From NCBI GenBank assembly GCA_964595625.1, contig CAZQQU010000003.1, forward strand, positions 40,327 to 104,326: DNA of 64,000 nt. The letters run 5' to 3'. The DNA is from an uncultured Flavobacteriaceae bacterium (GTDB lineage: Bacteria; Bacteroidota; Bacteroidia; Flavobacteriales; Flavobacteriaceae). Position numbers and translations under genes: made by a program. Numbering within the stretch: position 1 is the first letter of the stretch; the number at the start of each line of letters is the position of its first letter. The notes under the pieces are model-generated. The model did no database searches. It was given only the letters and a program-made list of their open reading frames with translations, and was not told the origin of the DNA. Of this stretch, positions 54,606-64,000 are shown in pieces.

Positions 54606-55280
54606 CTAGTAGTTTAGATGATGATAAATCGCAATAATAATAAACCCTAAGGGAACTAAAATTGCAAATGCCGTGGTAAACTTTTTAAGCCCTCTTGAAT
54701 ATTTGTTGTTAAACCCGACCGATTGAAAGGAAGACTGGAATCCGTGCAGCAAGTGCAAGGCCAAAAAGACAAATCCCACACAATAAAGTAGAGTTCTCCA
54801 AAGCGGGGCAAAGGTGAGTTGCAAGTGTTCGAAGTACCGATAATCACCCGCGGCATTCAGTCCACTCATATCACCTTGTATAAATTTGGTATTGATCTCG
54901 GGCACCCAAAAATCTATTAGGTGAACTATTAAAAAAATCAATATAAATCCACCGCTCCATATCATATTGCGAGACACCCAAGAAGAATTAGCACTTCCCG
55001 AGTATTTTACATATCTGATTTTACGAGAACTACGGTTTTGGATTTCCAAAACAAACCCCATTACAAAATGAAATACCACACCAATCATTAATATGGGCTG
55101 CATCAGATACTGAATTAATGGATTGGTTCCCATAAAATGGGAAAGTTCATTAAAAGATTGGGCACTAATTACCGAAGTAAAATTGATAAAAAAATGTTGT
55201 GCCAGAAATACGATTAAAAACATTCCCGACAAAGCCATAGCGACTTTTCGGGCTATAGAGGATTTAAAAAGTCCGCTCAT
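54606..55280 (-). CDS. sdhC: Succinate dehydrogenase cytochrome b subunit (b558-type, five TM)
   Basis: Hydrophobic, with conserved His-bearing helices, directly upstream of sdhA. The internal ATG at 55280 is preferred. Confidence 0.8.
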   Translation of the reverse strand: MSGLFKSSIARKVAMALSGMFLIVFLAQHFFINFTSVISAQSFNELSHFMGTNPLIQYLMQPILMIGVVFHFVMGFVLEIQNRSSRKIRYVKYSGSANSSWVSRNMIWSGGFILIFLIVHLIDFWVPEINTKFIQGDMSGLNAAGDYRYFEHLQLTFAPLWRTLLYCVGFVFLALHLLHGFQSSFQSVGFNNKYSRGLKKFTTAFAILVPLGFIIIAIYHHLNY

Positions 55281-55600
55281 TTGAATGGTTCGATTAGAAA
55301 AGAATGATAACAAATGTACGATGAGTTCCTATTATGCGCAAGTATTCGCTTAGTATTTATGACATATTTAGAATGGTTTTAAAGAAATTACTCCGTCTTT
55401 GCATTCACCGTGCTTTCTAAAATCCCTTCCCGTGCTTGCCCAGTGATTTTATGCAACAGCTTTGAAATGTTTGATTACCTACAAATCATGCTTACTTGCT
55501 CCGAAACATTAGAAAGATTTTACAAAAAAAGTTTGTTTATTTATTACCTTTGGACATTATAAAAACTCTCTTAGAGAGACCCATATTCTCTTTTTTTACT

Positions 55601-56896
55601 ATGAAATATCATCTTATAGACCCAAATTTATTCATTAAAAACCGCAAGAACTTTATGGCTCAAATGGAACCTAAAAGTATTGCTGTATTTAATTCAAACG
55701 ACATTTATCCCATTAGTGCGGATAGCACCATGCCTTTCCAACAACACCGTGATATATTTTATTTAAGTGGTGTTGATCAAGAAGAAAGCATCTTGCTGTT
55801 GTTTCCCGATGCCGTCGAAGAAAAACATCGGGAAGTCCTTTTTTTGCGGGAAACCAACCCCCACATTGCCGTTTGGGAAGGGGAAAAACTTACCCGAGAG
55901 AAAGCTTGGGAAGTAAGTGGTGTGCAAACTGTATATTGGCTACAGGATTTTGACAAGATTTTCTTCAAACTGATGACCGAAGCAGAGACCATTTATTTTA
56001 ACACCAACGAACACTACCGCCAGAGTGTTGAAACAGAAACTCGCGAAGATCGATTTATAAAACGTACTAAAGACAAATTTCCTGCGCATCGTTGGGCAAA
56101 AAGCAATCCTATTTTACAACGGTTGCGAAGCGTCAAAGACCCCATTGAAATTGCCTTAATTCAACAGGCGTGCGACATTACTGAAAAGGGATTTAGACGG
56201 GTACTTTCTTTTATTAAACCCGGTGTGTGGGAATATGAAATTGAAGCCGAATACGCCCACGAATTTTTGAGAAATCGTTCCCAAGGTTTTGCCTACACTC
56301 CAATTATTGCTAGTGGTAATAACTCCAATGTGTTGCATTATATTCAAAATAATCAAATCTGTAAAGACGGCGATTTGTTGTTGATGGATGTAGGAGCCGA
56401 ATACGCCAATTATAGTAGCGATATGACGCGTACCGTTCCGGTAAACGGACGTTTTACACCTCGACAACGAAAGATTTACGAAAGCGTTTTACGCTGTAAA
56501 AAAGAGGCCGAAAACTTACTTGTATCAGGCAATGACTGGTACACTTACCACCGCCAGATGGGAGCTGTTTATACCGCTGAACTTATCCAACTGGGACTAC
56601 TGGATAAAGCCGATGTACAAAACGAAAATCCAGATTGGCCGGCCTATAAAAAATACATGATGCACGGCACTTCCCACCACTTAGGTTTGGACACCCACGA
56701 TTACGGTTTGTTGCATGACCCTTTTACGGCGGGTATGGTTTTTACCATCGAGCCCGGTTTCTATTTACCCGAAGAAGGATTCGGCATCCGATTAGAAGAC
56801 AATTATGTGGTACAATCGGAAGGCAACCCCGTGAATTTGATGAAAAACATTCCACTGGAAGTCGACGAAATCGAAGACCTGATGAACACACCATAA
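55601..56896 (+). CDS. pepP: Xaa-Pro aminopeptidase (M24B)
   Basis: The N-terminal creatinase-like domain is present. M24 metal ligand contexts are present (DVGAEYANYSSD, HGTSHHLGLDTHD, TIEPG, RLED). The internal ATG at 55601 is preferred. Confidence 0.8.
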   Translation: MKYHLIDPNLFIKNRKNFMAQMEPKSIAVFNSNDIYPISADSTMPFQQHRDIFYLSGVDQEESILLLFPDAVEEKHREVLFLRETNPHIAVWEGEKLTREKAWEVSGVQTVYWLQDFDKIFFKLMTEAETIYFNTNEHYRQSVETETREDRFIKRTKDKFPAHRWAKSNPILQRLRSVKDPIEIALIQQACDITEKGFRRVLSFIKPGVWEYEIEAEYAHEFLRNRSQGFAYTPIIASGNNSNVLHYIQNNQICKDGDLLLMDVGAEYANYSSDMTRTVPVNGRFTPRQRKIYESVLRCKKEAENLLVSGNDWYTYHRQMGAVYTAELIQLGLLDKADVQNENPDWPAYKKYMMHGTSHHLGLDTHDYGLLHDPFTAGMVFTIEPGFYLPEEGFGIRLEDNYVVQSEGNPVNLMKNIPLEVDEIEDLMNTP

Positions 56897-56922
56897 AAAA
56901 ACCCGGTTTTATCCGGGTTTTT
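56897..56922. terminator. Bidirectional terminator between pepP and the TerB-like gene
   Basis: AAAAACCCGG TTTTAT CCGGGTTTTT. Confidence 0.65.
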
Positions 56923-56925
56923 CGT

Positions 56926-57348
56926 TTATTTTTTTCGGTTTAATAAGTATTCGTAATCATAAAAATCCAACGGTCCGGAAAAAATTTCAATCGATCGGGC
57001 AATAACTCGTTGAGCTTCCTCTTCCGAAAAACCTAAAATATATGCATAGCGGTTTAAAAAAGCGGCTTCATCGGCGTCAATAGCGTGGTCTGCATAAATT
57101 ATACAGAGCATATCGTGCAGCTGCTTTAAACGAATTTCTTTGGAGTTGGTGGGATAAGTAGGATATTTAGTGGGGTTTTTAATGATATCGTTGTAGGTTA
57201 AATCGTCGATATCTAATTTTCGAGCAAATCGTTTGAGCATGGATTCCTCTTGCGGTGTCATCGTTCCATCTACGTGCACCATGTTAACCAAAGCTGAAAA
57301 ATGACCCAACTTCCGGTTTCGGCTTCCGCCACTGAATAAATCTTCCAT
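56926..57348 (-). CDS. TerB-like (tellurite-resistance TerB family) small protein
   Basis: 140 aa and helical. The pattern HVDG.M...E...L...A..L resembles the TerB fold family; this is a weak call. Confidence 0.45.
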   Translation of the reverse strand: MEDLFSGGSRNRKLGHFSALVNMVHVDGTMTPQEESMLKRFARKLDIDDLTYNDIIKNPTKYPTYPTNSKEIRLKQLHDMLCIIYADHAIDADEAAFLNRYAYILGFSEEEAQRVIARSIEIFSGPLDFYDYEYLLNRKK

Positions 57349-57500
57349 AAATACAAAAGTTTTTACAAAGATAAGACTTCAATTTTTTATTTGGCTTCGC
57401 AATAAAATTATTTTTTAACACTCCTTCAGTAGTTGGTTCTTGGGTTTTGATTACTTCCTTGTATTGCAGATTCCAAACTTACCCGTTACTTTTGCAAGTC

Positions 57501-60500
57501 ATGATTAATTCTTTTGTAACCGATTTTTTTGAAGGGTCTCTTGAAGCCCAACAACTGGAGCAAGCCCTGTCTGCAGTTGAGACCAAAGCGCACTCTTCCA
57601 GCTCACCCCAGCAAATACATGTGTCTGGATTACTGGGTAGTGCTTTGTCCTTAGTTGTAGCGCAAACGTTTACAAAAACCCGGCGCCCTTTTGTATTGAT
57701 CTTTAACGACAAGGAAGAAGCCGCTTACCATCTCAATGATTTAGAGGCTGCTTTGGGAAATAAACACGTGTTGTTTTATCCGGCGAGCTACCGCCGCCCC
57801 TACGAAGTAGAAGAAACAGACAACGCCAATATACTGCTGCGTTCTGAAGTATTAAACCGATTGAGTACGCGCAAAAAACCAGCTCTCATTGTTACCTTTA
57901 CAGAAGCACTTTTGGAAAAAGTGGTCACCCAACAAGAGCTTCAAAAAAACACGCTCAAAATGGCTGTGGGCGATCAACTCTCGATTGATTTTGTCAACGA
58001 AGTGCTGTTTGAGTACCACTTTAACCGAACTGATTTTGTCACCGAGCCCGGAGAGTTTTCCTTGCGCGGAGGTATCTTAGATGTGTTTTCGTTTTCGAAT
58101 GAGCACCCCTATCGAATTGAGTTTTTTGGAGATGAAATAGAAAGCATACGGACCTTTGATGTGGAAAGCCAGTTGTCTTTAAAACAGGTTAAAAAAATTT
58201 CGATTGTACCGTATATGGATCGTGCGCAATCCCAAAGCGTCCGACAAGGTTTTTTAGAATATATTTCGCCGGATACCGTCGTTTTCATTAAAAACAGAAC
58301 GCTTTTACAAGACCAAATAGCTACGCTTTTCGCGAAAGCGCAAGAGAATTTTAGTCAAATAAAGGAAGGCATTAGACAGCTGGAACCCGAAACCCTCTTT
58401 TGCACGGACAAAGACATAGAAACGCATTTGGCACAACGCACAACGGTAGATTTATACAAATCAAATCGTTCCTTTACGACCGAAATTGAGTTTAAAATCA
58501 GTCCCCAGCCTTCCTTTAACAAACAATTTGATTTACTAATTCAAAATCTGAATCAAAATACCGAGCAGGGTTATAAGAATTATATTTTTTGTGCTACCGA
58601 GCAGCAAGCCAAGCGGTTTCACGATATTTTTGAAGATGCCCAAGCGGATGTAAAACAATTTGAAACTCTGGTTTTTCCATTACACCAAGGGTTTATAGAT
58701 CATACTCAAAAGCGGGTGTGTTATACCGATCACCAAATTTTTGAACGCTACCATCGCTTTACTATAAAAAATGGCTACGCTAAAAAACAAGCAATCACCC
58801 TACAAGAACTCAACCGCCTGGAAATAGGCGATTACGTCACTCATATCGATCACGGAATTGGCAAGTATGGAGGTTTACAAAAAATAAATATTGAGGGTAA
58901 AAAACAAGAAGCAATAAAACTGATTTATGGAGAGCGTGATATATTGTACTTAAGTATTCACTCGTTACATAAAATAGCGAAGTACAACGGCAAAGACGGC
59001 AAACCACCTAAGATATATAAACTGGGCTCCGGAGCGTGGAAAGCTTTAAAACAAAAAACCAAAACTCGGGTCAAGCAAATTGCCTTTGACTTGATTCAAT
59101 TGTATGCCAAACGACGGATGCAAAAAGGGTTTGCATTTGCCCCGGATTCTTATTTACAACACGAGTTAGAATCGTCTTTTATATACGAAGACACCCCCGA
59201 TCAAGTTACGGCAACTGCGGATGTTAAACAGGATATGGAAAGTGAGCGACCGATGGATCGTTTGGTGTGTGGAGATGTAGGTTTTGGTAAAACCGAAATT
59301 GCCATACGGGCCGCATTTAAGGCTGTAGATAACAGCAAGCAAGTAGCCGTGCTAGTTCCTACTACGATTTTGGCTTTTCAACACTATAAAACTTTTTCGG
59401 AGCGACTCAAAGGACTACCGGTCAACATCGATTACCTCAACCGTTTTAGAACGGCTAAAGAGCGTAAAACCGTTTTAGAAAACCTAAAAAGCGGCTCGTT
59501 AGATATCGTGATTGGCACTCATCAATTAGTAAGTAAATCTGTGGTTTTTAAAGATTTGGGTCTTCTTATCATCGATGAGGAACAAAAATTTGGGGTAGCT
59601 GTCAAAGACCAACTGAAGTTGATTAAAGAAAATGTGGATACTCTGACATTAACGGCCACTCCCATACCCAGAACCTTACAGTTTAGTTTGATGGCAGCCC
59701 GAGATTTATCGGTGATCACCACGCCACCCCCCAACCGGTATCCCATCGAAACACAGGTTATACGTTTTTCAGAGGAGGCGCTACGAGATGCTATTATTTA
59801 TGAAATATCTCGCGGGGGCCAAGTCTATTTTATACACAATCGCATAGAAAACATTCAAGAAGTAGCCGGATTGTTGCAACGCCTAGTTCCCGATGCTAAA
59901 ATTGGGGTGGGACACGGGCGTATTGACGGCAAAAAAATGGAGGAATTGATGCTTCATTTTATGGAAGGAAGATTTGATATTTTGGTTTCTACCTCGATTG
60001 TTGAAAATGGTTTGGATGTACCCAATGCCAATACAATTTTTATCAATCAAGCGCATCAATTTGGATTAAGCGATCTACATCAAATGCGCGGGCGTGTAGG
60101 CCGTAGTAACAAGAAAGCTTTTTGTTATTTTATTACCCCAGAGTATTCGGCTATGACGGATGAAGCCCGAAAAAGAATCACCGCTTTGGAGCAGTTTAGC
60201 GATTTGGGCAGTGGTTTTCAAATTGCGATGAAAGATTTAGAAATTCGTGGTGCGGGAGATTTATTAGGGGGAGAGCAAAGTGGATTTATTAACGAAATAG
60301 GCTTTGAAACCTATCAAAAAATTTTGGCGGAAGCCATAGAAGAACTCAAAGAAAAGGAGTTTAAAGATCTTTATACGGAAGAAATCAACAAGAAAAACTA
60401 CGTAAAAGAAACCGTTCTCGACACCGATTGGGAAGTGTTATTTCCAGATAACTATATCAACAGCATAACCGAGCGCTACCACCTATATAACCAACTTGCC

Positions 60501-60863
60501 AACTTGCAAACCGAAGAAGAACTCGGCCAATTTGAAAACGATTTAAAAGATCGTTTTGGACCTCTTCCCGACCCTGCGGTGGATTTATTAGACAGTGTAA
60601 GGATTAAATGGATTGCCCAAAAAATGGGAATGGAACGGGTGGTTATGAAACAAAACAAATTGGTTGGTTATTTTATCGCCGATCAAGAATCTACTTTTTA
60701 TCAGTCGCCAGCTTTTCAACGGGTGTTGGAATTTGTTCAAAACCAAGCCCGGAAAGGACTGGAGTTAAAAGAAAAACAAACTAAAAATGGTTTACGATTG
60801 GTATTGACTTTGACCCCCATCAATAGTACCAAACAAGTATTGGAGCTTCTTAGAGCGTTCTGA
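57501..60863 (+). CDS. mfd: Transcription-repair coupling factor
   Basis: UvrB-homology N-terminal region, CarD-like domain, SF2 helicase motifs (GDVGFGKTE, DEEQKFG, TATPIPRT, QMRGRVGRS) and a TRCF C-terminal domain. The ATG at 57501 is preferred. Confidence 0.9.
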   Translation: MINSFVTDFFEGSLEAQQLEQALSAVETKAHSSSSPQQIHVSGLLGSALSLVVAQTFTKTRRPFVLIFNDKEEAAYHLNDLEAALGNKHVLFYPASYRRPYEVEETDNANILLRSEVLNRLSTRKKPALIVTFTEALLEKVVTQQELQKNTLKMAVGDQLSIDFVNEVLFEYHFNRTDFVTEPGEFSLRGGILDVFSFSNEHPYRIEFFGDEIESIRTFDVESQLSLKQVKKISIVPYMDRAQSQSVRQGFLEYISPDTVVFIKNRTLLQDQIATLFAKAQENFSQIKEGIRQLEPETLFCTDKDIETHLAQRTTVDLYKSNRSFTTEIEFKISPQPSFNKQFDLLIQNLNQNTEQGYKNYIFCATEQQAKRFHDIFEDAQADVKQFETLVFPLHQGFIDHTQKRVCYTDHQIFERYHRFTIKNGYAKKQAITLQELNRLEIGDYVTHIDHGIGKYGGLQKINIEGKKQEAIKLIYGERDILYLSIHSLHKIAKYNGKDGKPPKIYKLGSGAWKALKQKTKTRVKQIAFDLIQLYAKRRMQKGFAFAPDSYLQHELESSFIYEDTPDQVTATADVKQDMESERPMDRLVCGDVGFGKTEIAIRAAFKAVDNSKQVAVLVPTTILAFQHYKTFSERLKGLPVNIDYLNRFRTAKERKTVLENLKSGSLDIVIGTHQLVSKSVVFKDLGLLIIDEEQKFGVAVKDQLKLIKENVDTLTLTATPIPRTLQFSLMAARDLSVITTPPPNRYPIETQVIRFSEEALRDAIIYEISRGGQVYFIHNRIENIQEVAGLLQRLVPDAKIGVGHGRIDGKKMEELMLHFMEGRFDILVSTSIVENGLDVPNANTIFINQAHQFGLSDLHQMRGRVGRSNKKAFCYFITPEYSAMTDEARKRITALEQFSDLGSGFQIAMKDLEIRGAGDLLGGEQSGFINEIGFETYQKILAEAIEELKEKEFKDLYTEEINKKNYVKETVLDTDWEVLFPDNYINSITERYHLYNQLANLQTEEELGQFENDLKDRFGPLPDPAVDLLDSVRIKWIAQKMGMERVVMKQNKLVGYFIADQESTFYQSPAFQRVLEFVQNQARKGLELKEKQTKNGLRLVLTLTPINSTKQVLELLRAF

Positions 60864-60898
60864 TTGAAATGATCTTTCAAGACAAATTCCTAAACACA

Positions 60899-60922
60899 AA
60901 AGCAGGGATCAAGCCCTGCTTT
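60899..60922 (+). terminator. Terminator hairpin after mfd
   Basis: AGCAGGG ATCAAG CCCTGCT followed by TT. Confidence 0.5.
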
Positions 60923-61243
60923 CGATCATTTAAGCTGAAATAGTTATTAGGGAAGTTCGCTATTAGAGCCGGAAACTTAATAATCCTATGGAATCTGCTT
61001 CGTCGGTCACTCTTTCGTTACAATTCCCCATTAATTACAATTTGAACCGGCTTTATAACAAATATGAAAAAACAAACCTCGTTCTAAACATTTGATTTTA
61101 AAACTTTTCCACATCTTTTTTAACACTTTTATGATATAATAATCGTGTAACTCTTCTTTTCCGGTTGTTAATCAACCACTTACCGCATTGCTTACACTCC
61201 GTCCCTTGAATAAGGAACAATCCAGTAGGAAAATGGAAATAAA

Positions 61244-61267
61244 AAAATCGGCTCGATAGCCGATTTT
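61244..61267 (-). terminator. Terminator after the 61290-62144 gene (minus strand)
   Basis: 10-bp stem AAAATCGGCT / AGCCGATTTT with a 4-nt loop, followed by a T7 run on the minus strand. Confidence 0.55.
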
Positions 61268-61289
61268 AAAAGAACTGTCCTATTCAGTT

Positions 61290-62144
61290 TTAAAGTTTTT
61301 GATACCCTGCGGTAGAAAAGGTAAAGTTGGTTTTTTCAATTTTAAGACATTCCATTGTTACTAGGTCTTTACTTTTCTTGGTTTTGTCTTTGTATTCCAT
61401 ATACATCATTAAAGCACCATCTTTAAAATGTTCTTTTAAAGCCGCTGGAATATTTTGTTGGTTGGATTCAAATCCAAAAACATCCTGAAAAGACACGGGC
61501 ACCTCGTTGGTATAGTATACAATAATTTCGTTTTCACTGTTTTCCATTTTGGTTCCCTTACAGGTATAGCCTGAGAACACTCGGTCGGGTAGGGTTGTAA
61601 AGGTGTAATCGGAAGTACTGTTGCCTTCTACATCTTGAGGATCAATGGACGTAGTGGTTACAAATTTTGATCCGGCAGTATTCATAAACATGTGCATATT
61701 GTTTTTTTCCATAATCATAAACATATCTACGCCGGCTTGGTTCATTTTACTTCCCAAATAATTGCTTTTGGGTTTTAAGTAATAATCTACCAATACATCG
61801 CCTTGAGAGGTTGACATTTTTATTTGATAAATGTAACTAAAATCGTAGGTAGTTTGCAGGGCTGCAGAGGAAGAACCTCCTCCAATAATATTGGTATTGG
61901 ATGATTTTTTATTTTTCTCCTTTTTATTGCTTTTTTTAGTTTTTTTATCGGAGTCTCCTTCTAAGACATTATCGACCGCTTTTCCAGTTTCTTTCTCTGC
62001 TTTTTTAGAAGTTTTGTCAATAATGGTATTCTCAACACGTTCTTCCACTTTTTTGGTGAGCTTATCCAAAAACTGTGCTTGAGCAGTACTTGTTGCTACT
62101 AAAAAAGCAGACAAAAATAATATACGTACAAAGTTTCTTTTCAT
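61290..62144 (-). CDS. Secreted hypothetical protein with a Lys-rich low-complexity linker
   Basis: Signal peptide ending AQAQ, a KKTKKSNKKEKNKKS stretch, then a beta-rich domain. Confidence 0.45.
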   Translation of the reverse strand: MKRNFVRILFLSAFLVATSTAQAQFLDKLTKKVEERVENTIIDKTSKKAEKETGKAVDNVLEGDSDKKTKKSNKKEKNKKSSNTNIIGGGSSSAALQTTYDFSYIYQIKMSTSQGDVLVDYYLKPKSNYLGSKMNQAGVDMFMIMEKNNMHMFMNTAGSKFVTTTSIDPQDVEGNSTSDYTFTTLPDRVFSGYTCKGTKMENSENEIIVYYTNEVPVSFQDVFGFESNQQNIPAALKEHFKDGALMMYMEYKDKTKKSKDLVTMECLKIEKTNFTFSTAGYQKL

Positions 62145-62230
62145 GGTTGTGGTTTTTAGTTATTTTCTAATTTCATTAATAATAATGTACAAAAGTAACT
62201 CATATTTTTCATTAATGCTAGAAAAGAGTG

Positions 62231-62806
62231 TTAGAGACGCTTTTCATGTTCTTGAGCGACTTTTTCTAATTGAGCATACCAATTTTCTCCAAACTTTCTA
62301 ATCAGTGCTTCTTTTAAAAATTTATAAACCGGCACTCCCAGTTCTTTTCCTAAGGTACAGGCCTCATTACAAATTTGCCACACGTGGTAATTCACTGCAA
62401 CAAACTGACTAAAATTTTGAATCCGCACCGGATACAGATGGCATGAAATAGGTTTCTTAAAGTGGGTGGCACCGGCTGCATGTGCTTTTTCGATACCACA
62501 ACCTGCAATACCGTTATTATCAAAAACCACATAAGCACATTCGCCGCCGTTGACCAGCGGGGTTTCGTGTTCCCCAAAATCGTTAGTTACATGAGTTCCT
62601 TGCGCCTCGATGGCGGCAATTCCTTCGGGTCGTAAAAATGGTTTGATTTGCTCATAAATGGCTCGAAGTTGGTGGGTTTCTTCTTCTTCCACCGGAGCTC
62701 CGGCTTCACCGGCTACGCAACATTCTCCCTTGCATTTAGCCAAGTTGCATACAAACTCTTTTTCTAAAATATCATCACTGACGATGGTTTTATCTATCTG
62801 AAACAT
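62231..62806 (-). CDS. DUF3109-like Cys-rich protein
   Basis: N-terminal CNLAKCKGECC motif. The internal ATG at 62806 is preferred. Confidence 0.55.
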   Translation of the reverse strand: MFQIDKTIVSDDILEKEFVCNLAKCKGECCVAGEAGAPVEEEETHQLRAIYEQIKPFLRPEGIAAIEAQGTHVTNDFGEHETPLVNGGECAYVVFDNNGIAGCGIEKAHAAGATHFKKPISCHLYPVRIQNFSQFVAVNYHVWQICNEACTLGKELGVPVYKFLKEALIRKFGENWYAQLEKVAQEHEKRL

Positions 62807-62967
62807 ACGGCAAAGATAAGACCTTAAATTTTTTCTACCTCTGCCTATAGATAAAATCCGTCGTTTCAATAATTTCTAGTGGCAACGACTTCTTTTTCTG
62901 CATTAATTTTACCTTTTTTTTACAATTAAAAACACTACTTTTGCGGTCATAGCTGTAAAAAAACCTC

Positions 62968-64000
62968 ATGGAGACATTTCTTATAAAAGCCGCACAACTC
63001 TTGTTGAGTTTATCAATACTGGTGGTATTACACGAATTGGGTCACTTCATCCCAGCTAAAATTTTTAAAACTCGAGTCGAGAAATTCTATTTATTTTTTG
63101 ATGTAAAATTTTCTCTTTTTAAGAAAAAAATTGGAGAAACAGTGTATGGTATCGGATGGCTTCCTTTAGGAGGTTACGTAAAAATTGCCGGTATGATTGA
63201 CGAAAGCATGGATACCGAGCAAATGAAACAACCCCCACAGCCCTGGGAATTTCGTTCTAAACCCGCCTGGCAACGCCTGATTATTATGGTGGGAGGTGTA
63301 ACGGTGAATATCTTAGTGGGCTTTTTGATTTACAGTCTGATCTTGTACAATTATGGTCGAGAGGTGGTTACTGTGGACGACGTTCCTGCGGGGTTTGCAG
63401 TTAGCGAACAACTCAAACCGTACGGTATAGAAGACGGGGACCGTATCATTGCAGTGAATGGCAAACCTTTAGTAAATCTATTGGATGCCAATTCGTATAT
63501 AATGCTTCGCAAACACAAAAGTTTTGACGTGCTTAAGCAAAATGGTGCCGTAGAAACCGTAACCCTCCCCAACGACATAGGGATGACCTTGTTTAAATCG
63601 GGTGATTTACAACCCCTTTTGCCCTTTTATTTGATTCAAATTGATAGTGTTCTTCCCGGTTCACCGGCTGCGAATGCCGGAATCAAAAAAGGGGATAAAA
63701 TTACGGCTGTTAATGGGAAGCCCATTACCTATTGGCAAGAATTTATTCGTTTTATCAAGTCTAATGAGGGCAAAGAATTTCAGCTGACCTTCGAATCAAA
63801 CGGACAAACCAATCAAACAACTCTTACACCAAATGAAGATAACACCATTGGTATAAACCAAGCTACTTCCAGTGAATATGCCATGATGAAAACCACCCAG
63901 CTCAATTATAATTTTGGAGAAAGCTTTGCTTCAGGAATTGGATTTGGCACCCAAGTATTGGCGAATTATGTGGGGCAATTCAAATTTGTTTTCACCAAAC
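62968..64000 (+). CDS. rseP: RIP zinc metalloprotease RseP (site-2 protease), 3-prime end outside window
   Basis: It is not in the ORF track because no stop codon occurs before the window end. My translation gives METFLIKAAQLLLSLSILVVLHELGHF (HExxH), GWLPLGGYVKIAGM, and PDZ-like GDKITAVNGKPI. Confidence 0.8.
   Translation, partial: METFLIKAAQLLLSLSILVVLHELGHFIPAKIFKTRVEKFYLFFDVKFSLFKKKIGETVYGIGWLPLGGYVKIAGMIDESMDTEQMKQPPQPWEFRSKPAWQRLIIMVGGVTVNILVGFLIYSLILYNYGREVVTVDDVPAGFAVSEQLKPYGIEDGDRIIAVNGKPLVNLLDANSYIMLRKHKSFDVLKQNGAVETVTLPNDIGMTLFKSGDLQPLLPFYLIQIDSVLPGSPAANAGIKKGDKITAVNGKPITYWQEFIRFIKSNEGKEFQLTFESNGQTNQTTLTPNEDNTIGINQATSSEYAMMKTTQLNYNFGESFASGIGFGTQVLANYVGQFKFVFTK

Noticed and set aside
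1-64000. Mobile elements, prophage, defence islands, CRISPR arrays, rRNA/tRNA genes
   Set aside because: I looked for transposase/integrase/recombinase motifs, direct-repeat arrays, nuclease/ATPase defence signatures and structured RNA genes. I found none. The CYTH and TerB-like genes are isolated and have no defence-type partners.

Overview
AT-rich chromosomal window that reads like a Bacteroidota (Flavobacteriia-type) genome. Support: T9SS C-terminal sorting domains, a fused CcoN-CcoO, TAnnTTTG -7 promoter elements, and little Shine-Dalgarno signal. I recognised no rRNA, tRNA, CRISPR array, transposase/integrase or phage genes. The first ~35 kb is a respiratory / N-oxide / copper / low-oxygen neighbourhood. 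It holds the tail of the nos maturation cluster (nosD partial, nosF, nosY), a RIC di-iron repair protein and a CopD-like protein. It also holds an OprC/NosA-type copper TonB-dependent receptor preceded by a Met/His-rich lipoprotein, and a monomeric class II (B12) ribonucleotide reductase. Next come an Rrf2 regulator with an IscR-like ligand set and an OsmC/rhodanese/heme-c/thioredoxin redox block. nadA-nadB is packed into one operon with a membrane cytochrome c, a very divergent heme-copper-oxidase-like subunit and a polytopic partner. There is also a truncated haemoglobin, the full ccoI-ccoS-ccoNO-ccoQ-ccoP-ccoG-fixH cbb3 cluster, and two stand-alone Crp/FNR regulators. A porin frameshifted at a homopolymer sits between two YceI genes. 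A FixL-like haem-PAS histidine kinase is paired with a receiver-Crp/FNR fusion regulator. The last ~28 kb is housekeeping: dinB, CYTH, pbpC, phnA, aldo/keto reductase, xth, a 1144-aa outer-membrane-type protein, two T9SS proteases, sdhCAB, pepP, mfd and rseP (partial). The two most interesting items are below. (1) The FixL-like kinase plus REC-Crp fusion, together with four FNR/FixK-type boxes that all sit exactly 36.5 bp from a -7 element, upstream of ccoI, ccoS-ccoNO, usp and the yceI-porin operon. (2) The cytochrome c + HCO-like protein, in which a conserved CuB histidine, the cross-link tyrosine and one low-spin haem histidine are all substituted. All family calls come from reading motifs in the supplied translations; no database search was possible.
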